This document shows positions 13,572 through 29,243 of a stretch of 64,000 nt of DNA, one piece after another (the first letter of the stretch is position 1; every line of letters begins with the position of its first letter). A program made the translations under genes and the position numbers. The stretch is from Ramazzottius varieornatus (lineage: Eukaryota; Animalia; Tardigrada). The stretch covers positions 1,141,620 through 1,205,619 of the forward strand of contig BDGG01000004.1 in NCBI GenBank assembly GCA_001949185.1. The letters run 5' to 3'. Below the pieces are notes generated by a model, which was given only the letters and a program-made list of their open reading frames with translations, was not told the DNA's origin and made no database searches.

Positions 13572-14898
13572 TTAACTTCTTTCAGCCATATGATACGAAC
13601 CAGTGGCTCTAAAACAGTTTCGAATAGTACTTTCCTTCACCTGAGCCCATCCTCGAACAACCCATTTGACCGCATCGAGAACATTGATAGACTTAATGTA
13701 TTCAGAGCCGTTACTGAAGCTATACAAATTCGTTCGTCGATGTTTAGCTTTGTATCTTTGCTCCTACTTCTTGTAAGACGCTATGATTCCCTTATCCAGA
13801 GGTTGGACCTTGCTCGTCAGGTTAGGCGGAAGGAAGACTACTTCGACATTGGACTTTTCGCCAACACGATGCGCTGAGAAGTTGTCGAGCAGCAGAACGA
13901 TTGTCCGTTTTTGAGCCTTCATGCTGTTATTCAAATTAGTTAGCCATTCTTCGAAAATATCAGTCTTCATCCAAGATGTTGAAGTCGAGTACCAGCTGAA
14001 GCCAGCTTTCTGGATATCCAACTTGACTTTCGTGAAAATTCGTGGCTTTTTCCAATTTTCGATCACAAGAGGTGGTAACTTCTTTCCGGCGGCGCTGCAG
14101 CAAAATAGAACCGACAATCTTTCCTTATTGACTTTTCCACCTTTTTTCTTCTGTCCTTTTCGTGCAAGAGTTTTCTTTGGCAGAGCTCGATACTGGGCTC
14201 CCGTTTCATCGCAGTTAGAAATGTGTTCGTTGCGGTAGGACTGAATGATAATGGGAACGTCGTTAGCTATGCAGTTATCGGCAACCTCTTGGCTAGCAGC
14301 AGATTCTTCACCTACAATTTAAAATCATACACACTTAAAAGTAACCAGAAGAAAGCGACCTGCAATAATTTAGATTACCATGCAAAGTAAAAGATCCGAG
14401 ATCATTTCCCTCCATTAACTTTTGAATCCATCCGTTGCTTCCAGTTAATCTCTAGATCTGGAGTCGTCTTGCGATGTTCAAGGTTTCCTGTTTCAGATCG
14501 TTTCTCGAGATTGGCATGTCACGCTTGTTATTCTCCTCCACAAAGTCCAAAAGAATCTCTTCCACCTCTTCAAACTTTCGCTTTCGATGAATTTTCTTCG
14601 AAGTTTTGTCATTCTCCTGAACTGACAAAAAGAACTCTAGCTTTTTTTTCCAGCCTCACGACTGTAGTTCTGGATTTGATATTAAACAGCCTCATCATCT
14701 CGTTCATACAGATCTGAAACATATTAGGAAGTTCAGACCGAGACAATAAGTACGGCAAAGGTAGAGTGCAGTGATTCAGTTTCCGTCGAGGGTTAGGCTT
14801 ACCTGTTTCGGATACAATCGCAGAATTTCCTTCTTTTCCTTCAGTGTCAATCGTTTCCGCACTCGCCCATCAGTGTTAACCTCCATCTTGGTAGCCAT
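13572..14898 (-). pseudogene. Decayed pogo/Tigger-family (CENP-B-like HTH + DDE_1) transposase with two spliceosomal introns
   Basis: psq-type HTH (RKRLTLKEKKEILRLY..|..FNIKSRTTV), Tc5 HTH (EEVEEILLDFV..MPISRNDLKQ..GSNGWIQKL), catalytic NCDETG, LLLDNFSAH and FLPPNLTSKVQPLD, and C-terminal INVLDAVKWVVRGWAQVKESTIRNCF. It is disabled by a +1 frameshift in the A8 run (~14642-14649) and in-frame TAG stops (~14453, 13764). Confidence 0.85.
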
Positions 14899-15726
14899 CG
14901 TTGAACACAGGTACGATATTAGGAAGATTCCAGTAATGTTGAAGAATATATGCAGCGATCAAATAAACAGTATGCAAACGCGCAACAGGTGCTGGATGCA
15001 CGGTTACCACGAATCAAGTAATCACTTGCATTTATTCAGTTCTTTTAGTGGCCTGCCATGTGTTTGGTCACCCACACTGTGATTCGCGTATCACGGCCAA
15101 ATTAAAGCAATTGACACATCTAGGAGGTAAAACTGTATGCCCAAATCATGTCATCTACGTACAGCACTGAAAATGCATCCCTTCCAGTGGTCACTTGACG
15201 CTGGTTACCATTGATAGATGTTGTAACACCACGTGACCACCGGAAGAGATGCATTTTCAGCACTGTATAAGGAGCGATAACCGCAGTACTCCGAAGCGGA
15301 TAGATACATTCTCCTTCCCTCAAAATATGCCAACCGTAGCCGGAAGCCATTCTTGTCTGTACGTCGAATCGCGCGGTAAACAACTCTAACTACCCCATTA
15401 GTTCAGCTGAGAGTGAAAGAATGGTGGCCAACAACCTGAGGAAATTAAGCTGGGTTTGGCAGAACCGCCGAGTTGGTTACGGTTCTCCGTGGAGAACCCC
15501 ATCCTTGAAATTGGAACACATCAAACGAAGTAAGCCTAACCTCGATACTAAATGTGGAAAGAACCGCAGGAATGAGTCCTTGACTGTGTGTTCTGTTCCT
15601 CAGTGCCTGAAGTTGCACAACGCACAATAATACTACGAGATTTTGACATTCTAACGCGAGCGACTTCGGAGTGTGTTCGTTACGTCGCGCGCGGCGCCAT
15701 CTGCCTCGGCGTATGCCTGATTGTCC

Positions 15727-16295
15727 TATCCTACCCCTGTACTAACATAACCCAAAAAACTTGTGGCGAGTACGTGAACCGTTACAGAAGCAACTTTGCA
15801 TGGAAAACTGCTCTACCATATAGATTGGACAGCACTCTGGGAGGGTGCCACTTTGATGTTTTCGTGGGAAAAAGCTCGACGTCGTGACTTCTATGTCTGC
15901 TCACGTTTCCTGTTTTTGATAAGGCTAGTTAAAATTTACTCAAAACTTTGGAAACGTAATGCATAACAAAGCATCCAATTTCAATAAAGGTCATGCCTAA
16001 TTAACAAGCTCGAATCCTACTCCTGTACCAACATAGCCCGAAAAGAGATTGTGGCGAGTACGTGGCCCGTTACAGAGGCGACTTTCCATGTAAAACCGCC
16101 GTACCATATGTACGACCCCTCGGTGCACGCCAGTTTGTATCTTCATGGGAATCTGGTCAACCTGCTCACTGCTACATCTGTTTAGGTTTTCCGGTATTTG
16201 ATTAGGCTAATCGAAAGTCACTTATGGCTTTGGAAACTAAATGCATTGCCAAGTATCCAGTGTCAATCAAAGATCATACAGAACTAACAGCACAA
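15727..16295. repeat. Diverged tandem duplication, unit about 285 bp
   Basis: ttgtggcgagtacgtgaaccgttacagaag..ctttggaaacgtaatgcataac (copy 1) aligns with ttgtggcgagtacgtggcccgttacagagg..ctttggaaactaaatgcattgc (copy 2). Confidence 0.75.
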
Positions 16296-17001
16296 ATTTC
16301 ATATGTCTACATGTAAGCGGGTCTTCAAGAAGCAAAATGTAAAACTGCTTAGTATAATTATGCGTACGAATAGTTTTCGCTGATTCCAACATTCAAATCC
16401 ATGCCTCCAGTAGCATAAACCGTCGGTGAACTCGCGAGGAAAGCAGAAAAATCACGCTTGTCTTACAAATCACGCCCGTCTTACATCGCCATCCAGTGCA
16501 AATCACACGTTAATTTGGAACTAATATATCAAGCGTTTTTCCCCACTGACTCGGACACCAGTCGAGAGTGTTCTCAAACGAGAAAGGACGCTGGTCGTGG
16601 ATACTGGAGAAACGTTAACGGGTCAGGGCAAAGATGCAACAGCAAGAACAGCGGTGTTATGACAGCGGGCTCAAATGGTTTGACACAGGGCTAGTACCCC
16701 CATCCCCAAAATTACGCACTTTATGAATTATGATGGGTCCTCTCTGATAACACCGTTGCTGAAGTTGCCCCTGCCTTGGGCCAAGTGTGATCAGAATTTC
16801 GGACCCCGGGACCCGCTGTCGATGCACCTGTGTTCTCGCCACTTCAGTTTAAGTTTAACTGCATGCCCCCAACAATTCGTTTGAATGACTGTGACTGGAT
16901 TAGGCAAATTGTCCAAAACCGGAGTAAGAACCCGACAGAGGCTCAAAAATGACTGAACTATTTATTAGAATACTTTTAAAGACGTTCTGATGTAAGAAAT
17001 A

Positions 17002-17394
17002 CGAGGTAAAGGACATGGAGTTTTCCAGTGGAAACTTCGGACATGAAAATTTCCAAACTGCGGTGTAGGGTGGCACCAGAATATCGGAGTTGTGGCGGAG
17101 GCCTGATGTCTTGGCGTAAGTCTCCGTAAAAGACTACACAAGTGCCTCTTCAGGCCTACGTTTTATTTCTTGTCCAGGCTCTTTAACATTGAATTTTATC
17201 CTGTCTCCTGCAGACCTTCCTTTCTCACCTTTGCACCGTCAAATGACTCGGAAGACGGCTTGGCTATGATCAGAAAGACTTTCTCTATTGACTGACTTAC
17301 CGTACGACGCAATCTGACCAGCAGCTACGTTAAAACAACCTGGAAATCTTCGTGTCCGAAATTCTCACTGGAAAACTCCATGTCCTTCACCTCG
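17002..17394. mobile_element. Mariner-type MITE with ~54-bp TIRs and TA target duplication
   Basis: ta|CGAGGTAAAGGACATGGAGTTTTCCAGTG...CACTGGAAAACTCCATGTCCTTCACCTCG|ta. Confidence 0.85.
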
Positions 17395-18586
17395 TACTGT
17401 TAGTTCGTTTGCAAACCCTGTTGTACTGTAGGATTCAGATTCGAGACACACTGTAGTAAATGTTTCACGAATCTCATGCAGATACATCACAACACTCGTG
17501 TACTGTACGCGTCACCTTACCCGCACACGCTATGCGTAATGCGACGTAATGCGAGAAATTCATGAGGTATTACATGTGTCCGTTCATAATTTGTGCACCG
17601 GCTAACCGGTCTCCTTAGATCCCGTCGGTCATTCGGGGCCTTCAAAGTGGCATAGAGCTGGCTTATGCCTAGCAGCTGGTGTAATTACACCAGCTATTTT
17701 TGTGGATATTTTGAGAATTTTTCTGACCAGAGAATTTCTCTGAGGAAAGCGTTGTAAGCGGCTAGTGTCGCAGAAACCACCCATACACTCACCAGTAGGA
17801 TGAGGACTGAGAAAATTTGTCACGGAAGTGACATTTGAAAGTTTGTAGGGAAGCTCAGCGCACTCGGGACTGGCCTAAGTCTGGTGGGATTACGAATCGT
17901 TTAGGAACGATTCGGACTGGTAATTACACCGAAAACTGTAATGTCTGGTGGAATGAATCGGTCAGTCGTAGGGGTGTGGGTGAAGCCAATTACACTAGCG
18001 GTGTAATCAGTTTCTGAAGGTCCTTGTTCTTGAAATAAAATGAAAAATATTATCGGAATTCACGGATCGTATTTTTGAACCACTTAATATTTAGTCAGAT
18101 CACCGTCTCACTTTTCTTACTTCGCAGTGCGTAGGAAAAGATTTCTTCGCCCTCGCCTCAAGCTGTTGCGGTATTCAAACAGCACACTCAGCCATGGTAC
18201 TTACAACTCCTCGATCTCGAAGAGCGAGCCACAGGTGAGCCTTTTCTTTGTTTGTATCATACTGTAAGGGATGTCAGTCGCGATCGCGAGACTACACCGA
18301 TCCGCGTTGTATTTGCTATCCATTTTTTTCCGGTAATCGATGCCCTCCCTTCTGCATAATGAAATGGCACTGGAAAGGTACGCTGGAGTCGGGCCTGTCG
18401 TCATGAGCAGTCGCATCCCGCCATGGTCATCCTATAAGAGCAAGCAAACAGCCATGCAGACATCAATGGAAACACATGCAAACATGGTTTACGTCGTCTA
18501 CAGCGAGGGACGCGGTAGTAACATGGATCTACGTGAGTAGAATCTTCGAAAGACTCATCACCGATTCTTTGGCAAACATTATCAGG

Positions 18587-20748
18587 ATGGTTCGCAACGC
18601 ACACAAATTTGTTACGAATTTGTATGGAGTCCCACCCTCCTCCCCACCCCGGAAGTCGTTCCCTCCCGATCCTCCGAAGGAACCTCACCGTTATTCCGTA
18701 CCGCGTCAAGTGATGGACGTCCACGCATTCTTCCGCCCACTAGTCAGCACTCTCCAGTGGTCAGGCTTGTTCTTCGCTCTGAACTTGAAGGATGAGGATG
18801 ACAAGGAAGACGAATTAGCTCGTCGTGTTTGCCGCAAAATTGGGCGGGGAGTCTTGCACTGTGCCCGTTCGGGATACTTGTTTGTAATGTGGTGTTGGAC
18901 AGTCCTTATGAGGTAACGTAATCTAAACCCTGTAAATTTGACCTGCCCGCGATTGACGTTTATGTACGTTATATATACTTTTATCATTATTATTTGTAGT
19001 ATCAACATTGTCTACATGGTCATTTCCGGTGCGCCGGAATCCCTCACGGTGAAGAACGGAAAAGAAGGTCATCATGGAAACTTGGTTATCGTACTGCTCG
19101 ACGAGGTAAACATTCTTTGATTGCATCAGCTGTAAAAATTGACTAGCAAAAGGAGATGCTCACTCCGAGTGAACCTTCCTTTTGAAAACTGTCACTTTTT
19201 TTATTAAGAAGCATATATCGATCCTTGGCCAGTCCAGGACGCATTGACGCGCCCTTGAAAATTAAACCCATTCACGTATCGAGCTATTGTTCCAATACGA
19301 AGGACCTGCCACTGACTAAATTGATTTTACAGTGTCCTTTCGCCGTCATTGCCATCCGAAATGCCATCATATTAACTTTACTCCTGCATCACGCAGCTCG
19401 ATTACGCGATGGTCTTCAAACTTGCGAAGACCTTCGCCTCAGACTCAGCGAACTAGCTGGACCTGTCTCTTTCGTACGTTTCCGCTGGCGACCTCTCATG
19501 TACATCATCAGTGCCGTTATCGTCATTCTTCTTTTCGAAATCTACGAGTGGACAGTCTGGCTTGGTAGGTCTGCTACAGTACTCCAAGAACTCGAATTTT
19601 CATCCAGAGAACCTACGTACTGTACATTGATTGAGTTGAATAAACCACATTATAAGCATATACTGTAGATACTGATCCATCTAATACGCGAACAAAAACA
19701 GGAACCACGGGACCATACTATGATTGGAACTTCACACCTTTCCCTTTCTCCATGTATCAGTACCAAGTGGGTAGCCTGATATACTTGCTGACTTTTGACT
19801 TGGGTTTATCAAATAACTGTTTTCTGCAGTACGCTTGCTTGTGGTTGATCTTCACAACCGTCCCTTTCCTTTTGTCACAACTCGCCTTGTGTTTTCCCGT
19901 CCTGTTTGCCTACGTCCTAAGAAGGTACTTCCGGCTGGTCAACAAGGAACTCGCCCTTCTGGCCACTGTGGATACATCCGACACATCGTCCCATTTGACG
20001 CCTCGGGAGTGGGCTGCACGGTTACGGCATCTTCGAGGAGCCCATTTTGACATCTGTCATTTGCTACACCAAACCGACAAAGCGGTCAACCAAATGTTGT
20101 TGGTGCAGTTCATCTGCGACATCTTCATCCTCTTCGGCTTCGTGGGGAACTTGGTCAACAGCAGAGACGCCCGTCCGCCCAAGGCTACACTAGAATGGAC
20201 ATTCTACATCCCGGCTTCCATCACTTGGCTTTTCTTCTTCCTTCTTCATTTCAGCTTTCCGCTGATTCACATGTCACAGGAAGCAGAACGAACCCATGCC
20301 ATCGTTCACACCTTATCCTTCACCTCACCGCCAAATCTTGAAGTCCGTAATAAAGTTTTGTCAATCTCGAAGACTATGAATCTGATACTCAATGCACCGC
20401 TCTTGTTACAGCAATCATTCAACGACCTCCAGATATTCTTAGCGGAAACGAAGGACGGAAGCCATCTGGCATTTACTGGAGGGAACTTCTATTGCGTTAA
20501 CCGGCATTATGTCGTTACGGTAAGTGAAATGCGTTGTTTCATGCAAAGTGTCCGTTGGGATCATAACTTTTATCTTTCGGTAGTGTGTGGCTCTGCTGGT
20601 GTCATACTTGACAGTATTGACGGAGATCCTAGATCGCTACTACGGAAATGAAGACATTCGCGAAGCGATCGCGCGTTTGGCCATAAACTCTGCCATCAAC
20701 GACTCAAACCATGCCACGAAATTAGACAGTGTAGATTCGCATAGTTAG
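18587..20748 (+). CDS. Gustatory receptor-like 7TM chemoreceptor (7tm_7/GRL family)
   Basis: Multiple hydrophobic helices plus the C-terminal family signature 'LAFTGGNFYCVNRHYVVT|CVALLVSYLTVLTE' (TYhhhhhQF-like) with phase-0 introns near the C-terminus. Approximate exons: 18587-18912, 18999-19104, 19332-19564, 19669-19766, 19830-20354, 20412-20519, 20584-20748. An upstream in-frame ATG lies at 18476. Confidence 0.8.
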
Positions 20749-21047
20749 GATGTATGAAAAGTCGGCACCTATGTATTTCGTGCCACCACGATTGTTTGTA
20801 TATGTTGCAAATCTGGCAATTGCCCACGACACATTCAAGCACGCGGTCAGTATAAAAATCCACTGATACAGTCGTACAATGATAACAATAAAGGAAAACA
20901 TGCGGGGATAAGCTGGAGGTATGGGAACTACGTCGTTCCAACGAAGAGATGGATGAAAAATCATTGTGGTCGTTAGACAGAATGCTTGAGATCTTTGCTG
21001 TGTCACCGTTCAGCTAGATCTTTAGCTGCTAGAACCTTGAGGCGTCA

Positions 21048-25921
<4,874 letters not shown>

Positions 25922-28895
25922 CCACCAAACTCGCTGCGGCTACCTTCTGGACAACTAGAGAAAAGAAAGAAGTTAACACCACCCCTTCTTTTCTCAACGA
26001 GTATCACATGCGGACGGTGAAAGTTTGATCGTGGAAGGGTTCGATCCACGCTGCCGATGTCAGTTCATTAGTCATTCGTTTACTCTACACCGTAAAATCA
26101 ACCTACCGAAATAACACAGGGAGATTTCCTACCGCCTGTTACACCTCAGCTAGTACCTTGAAGTAACCATCGCTCTCCTAAGAGCCAACGATGCGTACAT
26201 GGAAAATAGTCTACTTCACAATGCGTATGGTACGGTCTACAGACTAGCACAGTCGATGGCATTGTGAGGCAGCTGCGGAACCTGATAATTACGTCCATGT
26301 CAGCACTGAGTTAACGCCAACTCTGCACCATTTCATCCTCTACCATGCTCCAAATACCAGGTTCTTCTTGCTCTACCAAACGATATGCACTTAAAACTTG
26401 AAATGGTAACCCGGCGGTCCATTTCTGCACCACGGAAAACCAAAACAGAAGACGACTGTGTAGGTAAGGTAAGATACTTACGTAATTAGAGTTCAGAATA
26501 TTACAGATCCGTGCTCTTGGTCGCTGTTATATACAAGGATCCCGCAGGTTTCAGTTCTGGATTACCTGCAAACAACAACGCATTGATTGTAGTATACAAA
26601 GATAACCAACACCAACACACAGACGTCGCAGCTGCAAGGAGCATAATTATGGTACATTCGTGTACGAACACCCACATAACGAATTAATAGGAAAGGCAGT
26701 CCACGTTTGCCACTAGCTTTCAGCTTGTCGCAAGGACTAGATACTCACAAAGCGAAGGTATCCATGCAGCATTTGTCAGCACCCCTTGGAGATGTCAAGA
26801 CTATCCGGATCCCGTTAAATACGAAGAGTTAAACAAAGAACCATTGGAGATCCCGTCGTCAGTACCCAGTGGTACCAGAATGTACCAGTTGTCCCTCAGA
26901 GACCATGAGATAGAATTCTCTCCATTCTTCAAGGTCTAAAAATACCGTACCTTCCTGCCTTACGTGGTGCTCAGAGAAACGAATATATGGAGGGAAGCTC
27001 CGCGGATGCAGAGAACAGTCGTGCACTACCCAGACAGAACGAAGGTTGAACTACGGAGTAAATGGAACTATGGTGCCGTTTGACCCGAAAATCACAATCA
27101 ACTATTTTCAAGACTCCGGGGTAAATCCATTACTCCAAAAGTGATTTCAAGTTTCCAATCAGCGAGATTCAAGTAGAACAGGGGGTTTGATTGAATGATC
27201 AAACAAGCGTCTCCTGGGCAGACCCCCGGCTACCGGTGAATCGCACCTTCAAAATCTTCTTCCATTCAGGGGGCACCAGGGTACGTACGTACTCGCCTTC
27301 AGACGCCTAGGTCGCCCACGGCCTCAGATCGTAGAAAACTGGCCTCATTCACGTTCTGTTCCGATGTCATTAGGAAGGAAACGTTCTTGTGTCAGCTCGA
27401 CTTCTGCAGAAAGATAGACGGACCTTCACTTCGGAAACCTCTACCATCCCATCTTTACCGCGGATTTCGCTCACAGAAAGACTCCGAAGATACGTCCTTG
27501 GACGGAAGGACCCACGTTTCCAGCAGTAGAGCCGGATAAGAATCAGGACATTTCTCGGTTTAAAGTCGTGCCACATAATTTATGAGCGCTCTCCAGCATT
27601 CAGGTATGTTTTTCCGTTCCTGTATCGTCAGTGTTACGGAATACTTTATGTTTGAGGTGTAAGAATGGTCGTCGTAACGAGTTGGCCCAAGGCATTCGGA
27701 AGCTGAAGGTTGGCTGAAGGATGGTTGATTCGTGATTGACCATGTTCTCGTGCCCTTTCCGTAATTCTTGGGAATCTTGCATCATGATCATGAAGTTTGT
27801 TTTAACCCTACAGCTTCCGTACCCCAATGTGGGATGTGTTGTGTAGGAGAGAGTGTGAAATTGATGCAGTTCAGTGAACGCGGACAAAATCCGTATTTAC
27901 TGAAGAACCAGTTCTGATCTGTTTCTAGTGCGTTCTGGCTAAATCCGGTACTCGAGGAGGAACTTGAACGGCAGTCTCGATCTGTTTCAAAGTGTGTTCT
28001 TTACTCGTAGTTCAGGATGGGAGTGGAATATTATAGTGTGGAAACGGGAGACACTGTGTCCAGAAGTGTTGCAGGTTTTGGTTGACATAGTCGAGTAGAG
28101 TAGCCGTCGTGGCAACGTAGACTGCGCTCGCTGCAGGTAGATAGAGTTCCTGCAGCTCGCTTTCGCAGTCATCAGACATCAGACGACTATAATTAGTTAT
28201 TCGCTGGTGGCACTTGCGTCGGAAGCCAGCATGCGCTTCACACAATCAAAAACTGCATGTCTGCGCTGACGCAGTAGTAACTCTAGCGCTGTTCTGAGCT
28301 GTTCTTGTTGCGCCGTGCTGACTTTTCGCGTTAGCGAAAATTCAGCTCGAAGTAGCGCACAACAGATTAGAAAATGTTCAATAGCCGACTGCGAACGAAA
28401 CAAACAGTCCGTCGTTCAGATATTTCACTTAAGGTTTGCTAACGAACAAGTAAGAAGAAAGGTTCTATTCATTTATGAGTAAAGGTTTCTAGCAGTGTAG
28501 TTAGACGCGAGATTTATAGTACGAACTGAGGGAACTGCAACTTCGCAGATCGGGAGACCTAAATTCAAGATGTTGGTTATTCCGACAAACCATGAGGCGA
28601 GAATATTAGGTTCCGGCGTTGACATCCTACTGTGACTTCCTTGTTGCCTGGGTCGCTATAGGGACTATTCAAAAAATCATCTGACCGGAAGGTTTCTGCG
28701 CAAGAAGAAACTGTTTTATGGTAAACGGGATCGTGGAGCTCAAAGTTTCTCGTAAGGATTATAAGAGTCAGAGTCTAGAAGGAATCTCTTGTTCTACCTC
28801 TGTTATTTATTGTGATTGCAGATTTGCTTTGCCGCGGTAATCCGTCGAGCTTTCGGAAAGAAATCTGTGGACGAGGCGCAAGACTGGGAGGGTAT

Positions 28896-29216
28896 ATGCC
28901 TGTCCAGCAGAGACACCTGACGTCAGATGGTAACTACATCTTCCACAGCCTTGTGACCGCTGCTAACCCCAGCTACCAAGAAGACACGCCACCGCCGAAC
29001 CTTCACGAGCCCTCATATGAGCTGCTCCAACCACAAAGCTCTCCATCGTGGTCCTCCAAAGACCAACACTCCACCAACCAGAAGATCTTCCACCGAAGAA
29101 CTCGGATTTAACAGTAGCTAGTCAGGCGGAAGTAGCTGTTGCACTTGTCCATGTCAAGTCCCTCTTCAAGTCAAGCCACCATCTTTCTCAACCACTTTCC
29201 AGTAGTGCTCTTGTAA
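28896..29216 (+). promoter_or_regulatory. eIF5 5' leader uORF cluster (four uAUGs in poor context)
   Basis: AUGs at 28896 (tatATGc), 28927 (cagATGg), 29017 (catATGa) and 29151 (tccATGt) all have a -3 pyrimidine. The main start at 29244 is gccaccATG. Confidence 0.7.
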
Positions 29217-29243
29217 CGAGAAGCCAAGAAAACAACCGCCACC

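Noticed and set aside
17673-17696. 22-bp perfect palindrome AGCTGGTGTAATTACACCAGCT with partial echoes nearby
   Set aside because: No element boundaries or TSD could be defined; probably a fragment of an old repeat.
26019-26060. GGTTCGATCC resembling a tRNA T-loop
   Set aside because: The T-stem does not pair, and no D arm, anticodon arm or acceptor stem can be built.
27370-28403. Short minus-strand ORFs between Klc and eIF5 as a separate gene
   Set aside because: Stops occur in all frames and no domain is recognisable; more likely Klc 5' UTR, intron or promoter sequence.
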